NCBI RefSeq assembly: GCF_018977255.1
Contig: NW_024704765.1
Coordinates: 9,300,001-9,364,000, forward strand
DNA length: 64,000 nt
Source: Callorhinchus milii
Taxonomy: Eukaryota
Direction of reading: 5' to 3'
This document shows, piece after piece, positions 35,409 to 49,300 of the stretch (positions are counted from its first letter, which is position 1; the number at the start of each line of letters is the position of its first letter). A model generated the notes under the pieces. The model was not told the DNA's origin, made no database searches, and worked only from the letters and a program-made list of their open reading frames with translations. The position numbers and the translations under genes are program-made.

Positions 35409-37900
35409 CATAGATATTGTCCTTTACGAATGTGTAACATTCTGATTCAGCATTCGTGCACTTGCCTTTGAGTCAAAAGATTGTGGATTCAAGCCCCACA
35501 TAGGGACTTGGAGTCACATTTTCTAAGCTGACGCTTTAATGCAGTGTAGGGGACTGGTGTTGCATTGTCAAAGGTGCCGTTCTTCAGCTGAGACGTTAAA
35601 CTGAGCTCCCATCTGCCCGTTTGGACTTTAAAATACCCATCGAAAAGAGAAGGGAGTTTCTTTCTCCCAGTGTCCTGGCCAACAATTCCCCCAAATAAAA
35701 TTGATCACTCCCTCCATGGCTGTTTGCGAGACACTGCTGTATGCAAACTGGCTACTGCAAAATACACAGTCACTCCACTTTATCCACTTTACAGGAGTGT
35801 GCTTTGAGTCGTCTCGACGACGTGATAAGGCGCTGTATAAAATGCAAGTATTATTATTATAAACCCAGGTCCCATCCCCCAGTCTGCCTTTTCAAATGCA
35901 CGTTAGCAATCTCGTGGCGCTTAGAATAGAGAAGGGAGTTTCTCCTTGTGTCTTGGCTGAAAATTCCACCCACCTCCTCCCCACCCCCAACACACACACA
36001 GATAAACTGCTCGTTTAAACTGTGTGCACCAATTGGCTGCTATGTTGCCTGCAAAACAGTCGTTACTGTAAAGCGCTTTGAGATATTCTAACACACAGAA
36101 ATGCAAATTGTTTGTCAGTATGAATGAGCAAAATAAAAGTCCGTGTGGTTTATGTCACAGGAAGGCCTTTGTCTGTGTGTGTGTGTGTGTGTGTCTGTGA
36201 GTCGCATTGCCGGGGTGTCAGTAACGTCAGTCTGTGGGCGGTGGGTGGGTGGGTGGTAGGGGGGCTATGTTTAACGCTGTAAAAGCTGGTCTTGTGCTGC
36301 TGCTGCCCCCTCACATTAGAAACAAAGGTTACGTTCCCCCCCAACCCTCACAAAAAATAATTCTCATCTCAATAAAAAAAATCACTGGAATGTCCAGTGA
36401 GCTGCTCATTTACTGGCTCTCGCTTGTTACTGTTAAACCTGTCCCTTAATCTCCCGACCCCCATCAACCCTGTGGCTTATCGGTTAGAGCACTTCTGCAT
36501 TTGACACAAGCGCCTTATCACGTCTTTGAGACGTCTCAAAGCGCTTCACAGAATATACTGTAAAGTGAATTGTCTGTATATTTTAGGGGAGAAACACAGC
36601 AGCCAATTGAGCAGCAGCAGCGTCACTGGTGGGGGCACAGTGGGGAATTCCTCCCCAGACCAGATTCTCACCTGTGGGGGAACCCCATTAGCTCTGAGTT
36701 GAATGATCCCTAATAGTAACCCTAACCCCCCACTCCCCATTCCGGGGAGAGTGAGATCAGTGATAAAGTTCACAACCACATGCAAACCGTGACTAAGCAA
36801 CGAAATGCAAGTTCATATCTGGATTGGCAACCATCACTTACTGACTGGCGGACCACAGCCTCACGCTCACAGTCGCTGCGGAGAAGGTTCCCGTGGCTCA
36901 AGTATACACTGTCCGTCCTCACTCCCAGGTCAGTGTGAGAGACAGAGTAAAGCTTCCCTTGACACTGTCCGACTGCTATTCCTAACCTGCACTGTACCTG
37001 AACCCAACAATCATTTACTCCTCGTACACAGATGCAGAAATTGAGACAACCTCCATATAATCTCATTTGTTTAATGGGTCCATCTGAATCAAACGGGGGT
37101 GTAAGTATATATATTGCAATGAACTCCTTGTGCTTTTCATGCACTTATTTCTATAGTGTGTTACGCGACGCTGACCTTTCACCCACTCACATACGTATGT
37201 TGAATACAGACACCATTCACCACACACAACGTACGCCCCCGCAAATCTACTCGGCTTCAGTCAATAGCAACTAAGGGGCTGTGACGTGACCGAGTGACGT
37301 GCCCACACACGCACCATTCAGGCAATTAGAAATATCAAGCCATTGAAATAAATATCAAATGAATACGGTGTTCATTTCCCGTGATGCACACAGCATCTAA
37401 ACTGTCTCAAAACACTTCATAGGTCATTGGTATCGAGTGTAGTGAGAGGGACTGTTGTTTAGAGGGGCAGCCAATTTGCACACAGCAATGTCCTGCGAAC
37501 AGCCGTGAGGTGAATGACCCAATTTATGTGGGGATTTTCAGACAGGATACCAAAGGAGATAGCAGGAGCTCTCTTCTGTTTTCCAGTTATGTCAGGGGAT
37601 GTCTTTAACGCTAATACTTTCTAATGCTTTCCGGAATTAGGAAAGCAGGAAGCATCCCTCCAGCGCATTCCATTCCAGCAATCTGTCCCCGGGATTTCCG
37701 TGTGTGGGTGGGATGGTGGGATTCTAAGTTTAGTTTGGAGACTCACTGTGATGGGTTTCCGCGCGTCAGACACCCGGGAACCTCGGAACAACATCTCACC
37801 TGAAGCCTCTGACATTTGCTGATTATCACATCTGTTCATACTCTCTCCAGTGAATACAGCCCCAGTTTTAGGATCATAACTAAATTACCTGATAAGTCTT

Positions 37901-38228
37901 GTGGAGTCCTGTAGCTCAGCGGTTAGAGCACTCGCTTTGCAAGCGAGAGACCTGAGTTCAATTCCAGGCAGAGGGCGAAACCTTGGGCAAGTTTCCTTTC
38001 TTCACACAGAGCCTAATAATAATCCCTCCAAAACCAAACACAATAATAAATTGGTCATTTTCAATCCCCGACTGTTTGTGGGACATTGCTGTGCGCAATT
38101 GGCTGCCGCGTTCGCCCACAAATATACAGTCAATTCACTTTACAGTGTGTTCTGTGAAGCGCTTTGAGAAGTCGAGAAGACGTGAAAAGCGCTATATCTA
38201 ATGCGAGGATTATTATTATTATTATTAT
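37901..38228 (+). mobile_element. Full-length tRNA/Deu SINE
   Basis: Near-identical to 13644-13978. Confidence 0.9.
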
Positions 38229-38631
38229 GATGTATTGCCACTCACCTTTTGGAACTCCATCCCACAGTCCCCTTTACCTGAAATGCTGTACACTGTCCAG
38301 TGCCTCGGGACGTCCTCCCGATGCGAAAGGCACTATACAAATGTAATCTTGTTGTTGTTGTTGTTGTTGCCTACTCCCTCCCTCGCCTGCTTCAAGGCAC
38401 GTCTCAAGACCCTCCTCTTCGACCGCGCCTTCGGTCACCCTCCGAACCCTCAATGCCCGCCCTGATCCCAACCCCCCCCCCCCCCCCACCCCCGCTCGGG
38501 TCCAAATCCCCGACTGTCCCGCGACCGACTTGGGGGGTCCTCCTCCTGACCCGAAAGGCGTTACACACGAATGTAATTTTGCACTGTATTGCACCCCCCG
38601 TTTCTGAGACCCGTAAACCCTTGTGAGGACC

Positions 38632-38649
38632 TGGCGCCACCTAGTGGTC
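38632..38649 (-). promoter_or_regulatory. CTCF-like motif upstream of TMEM201
   Basis: TGGCGCCACCTAGTGGTC is a strong match to the reverse CTCF core GCGCCCCCTAGTGG. Confidence 0.6.
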
Positions 38650-39258
38650 CGTTACAGAAAGGAGGAGGGCCGGGAAAGTCGCACAAGATGAGGTCTCCTC
38701 ATCCAATCGGGAGAGGGGAAAACTTGCTGATATTCCCTCCGCCCTAACCCCGGGGCAGGGAGGGGGCACTGCGGGGCCGTCACGGCCCTGACCGCTGCTC
38801 CGGGCTGAGATCGGTGACTCGGCGCAAAGGGCTCCGCGACGTTCCCGAATCCTTTTATTTTGGTCAGCAGGGAGCCCGGCTCCCGGGGAATCCCATCACC
38901 ACGCGCAGGGAGGCAACGGGAGGTGCGGTGCGCTCGCTGCCTGTCCCGAGGAACCCATCCCCGCAAGCGAGAGGTTCGGTTCCCCGGTGCGGCACGAAAC
39001 CTGAGGAGAGTTTCCATAGTCCACACTCGCCTCCGAGTACCCGACAGGAGGCAGGAAACTCGCCTGGGGGTCGATTGGCAGATCGCTGTCCCGGGGGGGG
39101 GGGGGGGGGGGGGAGAGGGGGTAATAAACCTTCAGCCGCTACGCCCCGAGGCTCTGAAACCGCCTTCATCGCCCCCCCCACACCCTCCCCCCCCACACAC
39201 CCCCTCCTCCCTCCCACACACCCCCTCCTCCCACACACACACCCTCCCCTCCGGGGAG

Positions 39259-39495
39259 AGGGGGCGGGACGTGGGGGCGGGGCGTGGGAAGAGGGGGCGG
39301 GGCGTGTGGGGGAGGGGCGGGGCGTGTGGGGGAGGGGCGGGGCGTGTGGGGGAGGGGCGGGGGGGGAGAGGGGGCGGGGGGGGGGGGGGGCGTGTGGGGA
39401 GGGCGGGGGTGGGGGGGCGTGTGGGGAGGAGGAGGGGCGTGTGGGGGAGGGGCGGGGCGTGTGGGGAGGGGGCGGGGCGTATGGGGGCGGGGACT
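39259..39495 (+). promoter_or_regulatory. GC-box minisatellite / G4-prone TMEM201 promoter
   Basis: Tandem units of about 20 bp (ggggcggggcgtgtggggga) contain many GGGGCGGGG Sp1/KLF sites, about 110 bp upstream of the TMEM201 ATG in a CpG-rich region. Confidence 0.7.
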
Positions 39496-39601
39496 ACGTG
39501 ATGACGCACACGCGCACAGGGCCGCGCGCGCGGGGACACAGTGGAATCCGTGAGCGGTAACATCGAGAGTCGCTCCATTTCTCGGCGCCGCGGAGCGGGA
39601 A

Positions 39602-40288
39602 ATGGATACATTGAGTCGCGTCGTCCGCGCTCTCCCGTTCCCCGTCACCGGCACCGCCACCGCCACCGGCATCGGCTGTGTGTGTGCCGCCGGGGCTCTC
39701 CTCTACAGGGCGGCCACCAGGTACGGCACTGCCCCCCTCCCCCTCACACCCCCACTCCCCCCCTCACTCCCTCCCCCTCACTCCCCCACTCCCTCCCTCA
39801 CCCCCACTCCCTCCCTCCCCTCCCCCCTCACCCCCCCTCCCCCTCCCCCCCTCACTCCTCCCCTCCCCCTCACTCCCCCACACCCTCACTCCCCCCTCAC
39901 TCCCTCCCCCACCCCCACTCCCCCCTCCTCCCACTCCCCCACTCCCTCACTCCCTCCCCCACTCCTCCACACCCCCACACCCTCCCCTCCTCCCCCTCCC
40001 CCACAACCTCCCCCACACCCTCACTCCCCCTCCCTCACACCCCCCCTCCCCCCACTCCCTCCCCCACACCCTCCCCTTCCCCACTCCCTCACTCCCCCAC
40101 CCTCACTCCCCCACTCCTCCCCACCCTCCCCTCCCCCCCTCTCCCCTCCCCCACTCCCTCCCCCTCCCCACTCCCTCCCCCTCCCTCCCTATCTCTAGTC
40201 CCCTCACTCACTCCCTCCCTCTCCCCTCCCCCCCTCCCTTCACCTCTATTTGCTATCTATGTATGTGTGTGTATATATAATATATATA

Positions 40289-40319
<31 letters not shown>

Positions 40320-43300
40320 GTGTGTGTGTGTATATGTGTGTGTGTGAGGAGGGCTGTGTTGGAGTCGTGAGGTTGGAGGAGAGAGAGAAGGAGGGAGGGA
40401 GGGAGCAGAAGAAAGAAAAAGCAGAGGAAGACAGGGAGAGGAGAGAGAGAGAGAGAGAGAGAAGCGGGATAAGAGGGGAGGAGGGAGGGGGTGGGAGAAA
40501 GAAGGGGGGGGGTAAAAAAAAAGGAGGAGCAGAGAGGGGGAGGAGAGGGAGGAGAAGGGAAGGAGTGAGGAGGAGAGAGATGATATGGTGGTTCACCTTC
40601 ATTAAGCGCTATATCAAATGCAAGGATTATTACTCGGTCTTTATTCCCTTTCCCCCCTTCGCTCCCCCCCCCCACACCCCACACGCACACACTTTCCTCG
40701 GTTGGGGGGGGAGTGTGGCCCTGTGTTGGGAACAGGGCACCGCCTTCTGGTTCCAGCACACGCCGCAGGGATCGGAGTCACTCGGGGGCTTCGAGGCAGC
40801 GGACGTTACATTTGGGAAATCTCTTTTCAATCCCGGTTTGGGATCCAAACTCTGCCCCTGGGATTACACAGCCTCCTGGACCGCCCGCGCAAAAAAACAC
40901 ACACCACACGCACACGCACACGCACGCACACGCGGAACGACCCGGCTTTGTGGTCTTGTCCACCACTTCTCCACCAGTAAGAGAAGGTTGTGTTTGGTGG
41001 GACGTGCGGATGTCCCGGAGGAATGAGCTCTGGGGAGGATTAGGATAATAGTCCTTTGCGTTCGGCACAGCGCCTTTATCGCGGCGCTGAGACGCCTCGG
41101 AAGCGCTCGGCAAAATATAATCTCAAGCGGAGGGACCGTCTGTGAAGCGAATGGACTATTTTGAGGGCGCGACCAGGTGTTTTGCAGGAGATGTGCATTA
41201 ATGCAGTCCAATTAATTCGCTTTACAGTCTGTCCTGCGTTTTTAGGGGTGAGACGGCTCGAAGACGTGATAAGGCGCTCTTATCAAATGCACAAGGGTTG
41301 TTGTTATAGCCTTTTGAAATGCTCCTCTGAGTTGCCTCGTGTTTTTACCAGTGCTTTTTCAGTAGGTTGCAAGTAACGACTTGCGTGCGCGCGCGTGTGT
41401 GTGTTAAAAAAAAAAAATCCTCCTGAGCCGAGTCACGCCGAGATTTGTAAATATTCTTTGGGCGTACGGTTTGATTATTGGGAGGGATCGTTAGACGTGC
41501 TTTCGGGAAAGCCAGGACCCCGATCCTAACAGGGTTTAGGTCTGGGATTGGGGTCTGGATGGTGGTGGGAATGTACAGTGCGTAGCTCTGGATAAAATAG
41601 CTTTGTTGGCCCCCCTCCGCACGCTCAACCTGTAATCGCTTTGATGTCCTCCTGACACAAGGTTCCCCGAGTGCCATTTGCCCTCAAACATTTACACACC
41701 GTCGTGCCTTGCGCCCGGGTTAGCGTTCTCGGAGCGAGCGGTTGTAGTCCGTGTGCGTTTAGAGGCTCTCTTTAGGCTATCAAAGCAGAACTCAAATCAA
41801 GGCTGACACGTGGTGGGTAGAAATCAGGATGGAAAGATTGGACGATGTCAATCAGATTTGGAGCTGAGGTCTCCCAAACCATCATCATCATTCATAGTAA
41901 TGGTCCTTGCTTGTGATACAGCACTTTGTCCTGTAATTTTTTTTTGGGAGGGATTATTACCCCCCGGGAAAGCAATCCGCCAGTCGACTAACAGCTGGGT
42001 TCCCCCCGACTGCGAGATAGACAGAGTCGTGTGGCTCAGTCGCCCACATCTTCACGCCAGTATCAGCAATCCCGTGCACTTTGCTTCCTTTACCAGTTGT
42101 CAGCGTCAGTCCCACTTTCTGGCTCAGTCCCGGAGTATTCACAAAGGCTCATTCTTCGTATGTAGGCGAGAGGTCATCGTGGGCGAAGTACGTTTCCTCT
42201 TTTAAGTTAGTGTAAAGGGGAAGAAACCTCTAAGGAAAGCATTTTCTGGTCCGATTACTTATCCTGACACATAGGAAAAGTGTACCTTCCTGGCCTTGGA
42301 TTGAGAAATGGCGGCAATTCCTGTTGAGATAAGACAGAGCCGTCGGTGCTATAAACCGAGCGGCAGAGATGGTGAATGAAACGCAATCTGGTTTTATTTG
42401 GTGGCGGTTTGAGTTAATGATTCAATAGGGCTCCATTGATCCGAGATAGTATCTGCAATCTGCACACCATGATACCTTTCTCGTCCGGAGGACTTTATTA
42501 TATTTCCGCTCCTCGCAAGCATCGTTTGCGAACAAAAACAGTCACTGCAACTTGACAGTGATCGCGGTAACACGCTTCTGGTGCACTCTCGCCTCTCGAG
42601 TCGGATGGTTGTGGGCTCAAGCCCCCGGGCCGGGACTCTGTACTCGTAGTGGAGCTGCGGTCGTGTTGCGTTGTTGGAGGTGCCGTCCTTCAGTTAGAAT
42701 AAATAATCCGCTCGTTGGATTCAGACGCCTTCCCCATCGTTGAGACGCCTCAAAAGCGTTTCACAGGATACGCCGTAAAGTGGAAACGCAGCAATGTCCC
42801 ACAAACAGCCGTGGAGTGAACGATGGATTGTATTTGGGGGTGTGTTGGTCAGGGCAACGGGAGGAACCGCCTTCTCTTTTCGAACAGTGCCGTGGGATCT
42901 TTCTAACATCCACCTGAACAGACAGATGGGAGCTCTGTCCCGTTCAAATGACGCACGGTTGAGACCGCTTTAACCTGATTAAACCGTGACCGGTCAGACG
43001 AGCATTAAAGACCCTGTATCACGATTCAAAAAAGAAGGGAGTTTGTCCCCGTATCTTGGCCAACAATTCCCCCCCCACCCCCAACCTCCCCCAATAAAAT
43101 TGTTGTTCATTTCATGGCCGTTCGTGGGACGTTATTGTGGCAAATTGGCTGTCACGTTTGCCGACAAATTCCGCAGTAAATCCCGTGAAGCGCTTTGCGG
43201 CAAACTCCGATACTAAATCGCATTGCTGTTTGTTTCGGACTTTTGGATGCGACAGAGAATGAGAGAGAGAGCGGCGGAAATGCAACTTCCTCCGTCTTTC

Positions 43301-46300
43301 TCTGAGACGTTTGGGGAGAATCGACTCCACGGTCGGTCGCTTTGCCTCGGCTCCGGGTTTCGGTGCCCCTCTGTCGGCCGGGCCTGCGGAGCGCCGCGCC
43401 GTGTGCCGCGCGTCGCTGGTATTCTCAGTGTGCGTTGCCTCTTTGTCTGTCTCGCCAGGAGATGAAAGGCGTCCACAGGTGGCAACGCACAGGGCGACCC
43501 AAGTCCCGAAGGCACGCACAGAAATAAACACGGGGCGGGAGAGGGTCGTGGATTCTGGCGAAAGATTAGCAGCACATTTTATTAGTTGAAGCATTTCTCC
43601 TTCCTACAGTACTGTGCACTTGTGTCTCGTCGCCACCGTCGCCCCCTGTTTTGCACCTAAAACATAATAAAATTTGGTCACTCGCTTCGTGGCTGTTTGT
43701 GGGACGCTGCTGTGCGCAATTGGCTGCTGTGTGTCATCCGCGGTACACGCAGTCACTCCACCCTACAATATATTCTGCGAAGCGCTTTTAAGACGCCTCG
43801 CCCAGGCGTGCGGCAGTGCGCCATACTCCAACGCAAGGCGTGTTAACTAGTTATTTGCATTGTCGTTTGAAACCTCTGGCCCCCGTTTGTCAGGCTGCGC
43901 CACTGTTAAACGCTACCCCGATAGATAAATGCGAGTTGTTGTCGTCGTGAAAGTGTCATTCGACCCATTCTTTCCACGTTCGCCTTTTCCCTTCTCATTC
44001 CATTCCATTCCAGACACCGGAATTGCCACGTGTCGGTGGCGTGCACGGAACTCTGGCTGGTTTGGACACGCTTAAGCACGGCGATGGGCTTTCTGCCCGT
44101 GTTAGACCCCCCCCCTCCCCGCCCCCCCACCCACCGGCTGACCAGAGTTTTTTAAAAAAATAATCTTCTGGTTCTAAATCTTAAATTTTTCGTAACTTTA
44201 TATTAAAGAAAAAGTCCACGTTTCAAATTTTGCGAGTTTAACCGGAAGAGGGTTTTTGTTAAGACTTTGTTTTGGGGAACTGCGCCCAACAAAATCCACC
44301 GTATCTCCACTTTACAGTAGATCCTGGGAAGCGCTCTGAGACGTCTCAACTACGTGATAAGGCGCTATGTCAAGTGGCCGTATTATTATGATTATTATTC
44401 ACAGCTTAAACTGCGAAGTGCGGAGATTGTGTGGGTGAAACGCAGCAGCCAGTTTGCGCGCGGCAGTGTCCCACAAACAGCCATGAAGGGAATGAACGAC
44501 CACATGTGTTGCTGAGTATCAAGCCTTCGGGTGGTTAGAAAGGTGGGTTCCCAGAGTAATCTACATTTCGTCCATTGCCCTCAATATACCGTCAATCCAC
44601 TTTACAGTGAAGCGCTTTGAGGCATCTGAATGACGCGATAAGACGTTATATAAGGCAAGGATTATAATTATTATTATTTTTGTTGTTGCTCGACTGGAGA
44701 GGACCTGAACGCAGAAGTCGTTAATGTAAGAGTTGCCTGAGGCGGGCAAGCGGGGCGAGTGTTGACCTTGAGGCCTTTCAGATTGAAGCTCCCTGGAGCG
44801 CAGCATGTGTTGTTAATTTCCCAAAGGATGCCCGTCTTTCCTGCCTCAGCCCGTGGACATAACGGTGGTTGTGTCTTGTGGTGAGGCCACATGTGTAAAC
44901 AGGGCTCCAGCCAGCTGTCGGGTTTGGGGAAAGCCGCCTGGTGCCAGTGTCGGCCAAGCCGTGACTTTGAGCTGCTCGTATCTCTTCTGTGGCTTAAGTG
45001 ACGCAATGAATCAATGAATCCGAGTCCGAGAGAGAGAGAGAGAGAGAGATGTCTCTCTTTGTTTCAAACAAGGTGCCTTTGTTCACTGACAAAATACGGT
45101 CGCTGCACATTGCAACGAAGCCCCCGAAGTGCTTCGAGATGTGGCTGATGCGAAAGGCATCGTCTGCAATGCCGTTCACGTTTGCTGCGCATAAACAGTA
45201 GCGCCTTTCGCTTCGGGAGGACGTCCCAAAGCCCGTTCACAGCGTTGGGGTTGGGAGACGAGTGGGGTACGGAGGGGAAAGGTGACGGGTGTGGTGAGAT
45301 TACCTGGGGTTCATCTCACTCAGCCCCCAAACCCAAACCCTAATGGGTAAGTAGGGTGGTCCTGGCTGGGCAAGCTTGCCAGGCAGTGAGGACACTATGC
45401 TACGTGCCTTCCGCTGGTTAAACCAGCAGTGCTCCAATGTAACAAGGCCTGGCTCTTGCTCACCTTGTGTCCAGTCTCCAGCGTTAGGGTGCACCCCTCC
45501 CAAGGAGAAAGTCTGGCCCCTCCATTCCAAACGTGGGGAACTCTCCCCGTGTTGGTCACCTCCGCATGTGGGGCTTTGCCTGGTTTCAATGCTCTTAAAC
45601 AGGTTGATTGGTTTCCACGTGTGTTCCAGACTTCGTCTGACAAACACAAAGAGCTGCGCACAGATGGGATTAGACAGGACAAGGGGGGGGGGGGGGGGGG
45701 CGTTCTTTATATCAGCCGAGGGGGGGAGGGAGTTGAATGCTTCTCCCCTCGGCACAGCTGTCAGGCTGCCTCGGGCTGCGTCTGTTGTGTGTTTGGCTGT
45801 AAGAGCTCTGTGTGGAAAAAGCCTTTTTACTCCCAATGTTAAGGTCGAACCATCAATGAATTTGGATTAATTTCATTTTTTGAGTGTTTTATTTTTTTTT
45901 GAGTGTTTCTACAGGGTGTGGGGGGTGGGGGGGGGGGGTTGGGCACGGGGTATTTACCGCATTTGGTTTAGAATCGTTGCTTGAATTGTCTTAATTGTTT
46001 GTCGGTGTCTTCCCCCTCCACCCTCTCCGCTTTCTCCCATAAAGCGCTCAGCTGCGTCGATAGAGAGATTGCATTTTTAGGTCTCGTGCCGTATTACGTC
46101 AAAGTAATCCCGTGAAGCACTTTTGAGACGTTCCTTCCTTCCGAAGTGATACACCAAAGATTATTGGCATTATTATTGTATAATGCTTTTCGAATAGTGC
46201 TGTGGGATCAGTTATCGTCCACCTGCACAGGCGCAGACAGGACCTGGGCTTTACATCTCATCCGAAGGAGAGGATTGGGTGCGTGTTGCAAAGAAACCTT

Positions 46301-49300
46301 TTTTATTAACCGGCCACTTTTTTTTTTAAACTCTCCCTTTGCTTTCCGCAGGAAGAAGCCAACTCACGTGGAGGTGAACTGCTGGTTCTGCAGCCAGGAC
46401 ACGACCGTCCCCTACGGCAACAGGAACTGCTGGGACTGTCCCAACTGCGAGCAGTACAATGGCTTTCAGGAGGTAAGATCCTCTGCGGTTTCTGAAATAG
46501 CGCAGGTCTGGCTGGTGACATGTCCCTTGTGCCAATCTTCGTAGCGGTCAGTGGGCTCCCCTCGCATCCAAGAGGACCCGGGTTCGATTCCCAGGTTGGG
46601 GATCACTCAAACCGCGACTGTTGGTTCGGACGCCGCTGTGCGCAATTGGCTGCCGCGTTTCGCCCGCGAAATACGCAGTCAATTCGCTTTCCGGTACGTT
46701 CTGCGAAGCGGCTTCGAGACGTCTCAACGACGTGATAAGGCGCTACGCACAACGCAAAGATTATTCCGGCTCTGCCGCTGCGATCGGCCGTTGGAAAAGA
46801 GGAGGGAGTTTAGTTGCTCGTTCCCGGTGTCCTGGCCAACAGTCGCCCCAAATAAAATTGCTCACTCGCTCCGTGTGCCGTCAATCAATTCGCTTTACAG
46901 TCTATTCTGTGAAGCGCTTTCAACGACGTGATCGAAGGCGAGGGTTATTATTATTATTGTTTGCTCGCCGTCTTAAACAGACGCCCTCTAGTCACTGCCT
47001 GATGACGAGTCCCGTTGACGTACTTTCTGTTCCGTTCTCTCAGAACGGTGACTACAATAAGCCGATACCTGCTCAGTACATGGAGCATCTGAATCACATG
47101 GTCACCAGTTGGACAAGTCCCACGGAGGCGAGCAAGGTCCAACAGTGGCCGAACGGACAGCTTCTCTTCTGCAAGAAGTGCAACAGCAACCAAACCCTGA
47201 AGGTCAAACAATTGGCTTCCTTCGTACCAAGAGATGAGGTGGGACACACTTTTATTTGTATTTATTTTTTGAACCTGTAAGCGGTTTAAAATTCTTTATC
47301 AGTTGAAAGAATCGTTGAAAGAATCGTTCACTCACCACTTGGTCTTAGTGTTCATCTTATTTGGGACTGTCATTCCCTCAAACAGCCCTAAAGGTAATTG
47401 ATCAGTTTTATCTGGGGGACTGTGGCTGTTTTTTCTCTCTCTCTCTCTGTGATTGACTTGTAAGGACATCAGTGGCTTATGCGATTCAAATATTTTACAA
47501 AAAATAAAACGCTCGAAGGCTCGTGCAGTCTCGCCCCTTACTGTGCGAGTGTGGCGCTTTGGTGGAGAGTGTACTGTCGAGGTGGATTGATTGTAAATGT
47601 GTTTTCATCCCGTTCCACTGGTTAAACCGACGCCTCTTCTTTATCTTTCTCGCCTGCTTTCTCCCCCAATCCACTACCCGCTCAGCCTCCTGCTCATCCC
47701 CGCTACACCTACTGACTCAAGTCGTGCGTCGAGCCCGTGTCCCTTTGCAACCGCCGAGGATAGTTGGACCGTGCGCAGTGCAGTGATATCAATGGGGACA
47801 GCAAAGGGTGCTTTGGTCCAGTCAGTAACGACGTGCGTTTGCAGATGGAGGCGTTGTGCGTCGGTGCCCAAGGTTATTGGTGGCGTTGAAAAGAGAGAGG
47901 GAGAGAGAGAGGGAGAGAACTTTGGTCACCTTTTACTTTGACTTAATCCTCATTGGCCTTTCTCCGGAGCATTTTGAGAGTCTCCACGGAGCTCGAGCAG
48001 GAGTAGATCTTCGAAGAGCTTCGTGGAGCCGTCGCTCAGGAAATCCCGTCTCGTCCGCAAAATACTCCACTTTGCAGCACACCCCGTGAAGCACTTCGAG
48101 GCGTTCTCGACCCCGTGACGTACGCAGGGATTATTACTGCCGTTGAGGCGACAGCTGTCAAGCCTTAAGAAACAAGGAGGGATGTCTTTTTTTTCTGACC
48201 TCGTGACCGCGATCCGTTCAATTTCAGGCGAAGGAAGGCCCGGATTGAACTGCGCAGCCACCCCTCCGTTAATCCCGAAATTCCTGAGTTGTTTAAAGCG
48301 CAGTCGGGTCGTGGAGAAGTTTCCACGTTGAAGGGTAACCAGGTGCAGGTAGAGAGCGATAAGATCTGGTCACGTCTACTGCCCCTCGGCCGATGGCTTT
48401 TCATCCAGTGACGGGCCAAGTTAGTCTTTCCTTCGTCTCGTACGATATTCCCAAAGCGGGAAGTGGATTTCTCTTCAGGGTGTTCTTCCCAGTGGCCACA
48501 TCCAATGGCTAATAAGTGCAAGTTGGTGTCGACGTCATTTCCCCCGTTGCTTTTGAGGGCAGCTCCTTTGCTGCGCAGATTCATACAATGATAAATCATC
48601 AACAACGCATCTTAAACACTGAACTCCATTGTGATTTAAGTCTATTTTGGGTCTTGCTTTTCTCTCCCTCTCTCTCTCTCTCTCTCTCTCACACTGCTGC
48701 AGCCATTAACGATCAAGATTATTTGCTAATTTACGTCCGCATTATTCACTTTGAAAAGGAGTATCCGAGGAATATCTAAAGGGCGATTGCGCGTGAGAGC
48801 GAGCGCGAGAGTTGGGTTCAGGTTAAAGTGCGGAGGCAAATGCGCGGTCGCTCTGCCCTGAGTTCGTTTTGAAGGACTGGTTTCCGCTCCCGTTGACAGG
48901 ACAGGTACGAGGACGAGATTGAGATGTACAAACACCACCTGGAGCAGACGTACAAGCTGTGCCGTCCCTGTCAGACGGCTGTGGAGTATTACATCAAACA
49001 CCAGGACAGGCAGATCCGAGCCATTCTCTTCGATCACCAGCTCCGGCATCGAGAAGCAGACAAAACTTTTGTGCAGGTAAGAGTAGCGGGGGGGGTTGGG
49101 GTGGTGGGGGTGGGGTGGGCAGAGGTTCCGGAGGTCGGCGAGACCTTAGGAGTAAAGATTTTTTGGTTTTATATAAAGTCGCTAGGAACGTTATCTGCTG
49201 CGATTATTAATTATAACCTGGTTCAGCTCAGCAAATCTAGACAACCCTTATTCTGCTTATTACGACTAGCAATAATTAATAATAATCCTTGCATTTGATA

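Noticed and set aside
38814-41026. Long Gly-rich and Pro-rich ORFs
   Set aside because: They come from low-complexity G/C tracts. Only 39602-39720 is coding (TMEM201 exon 1).
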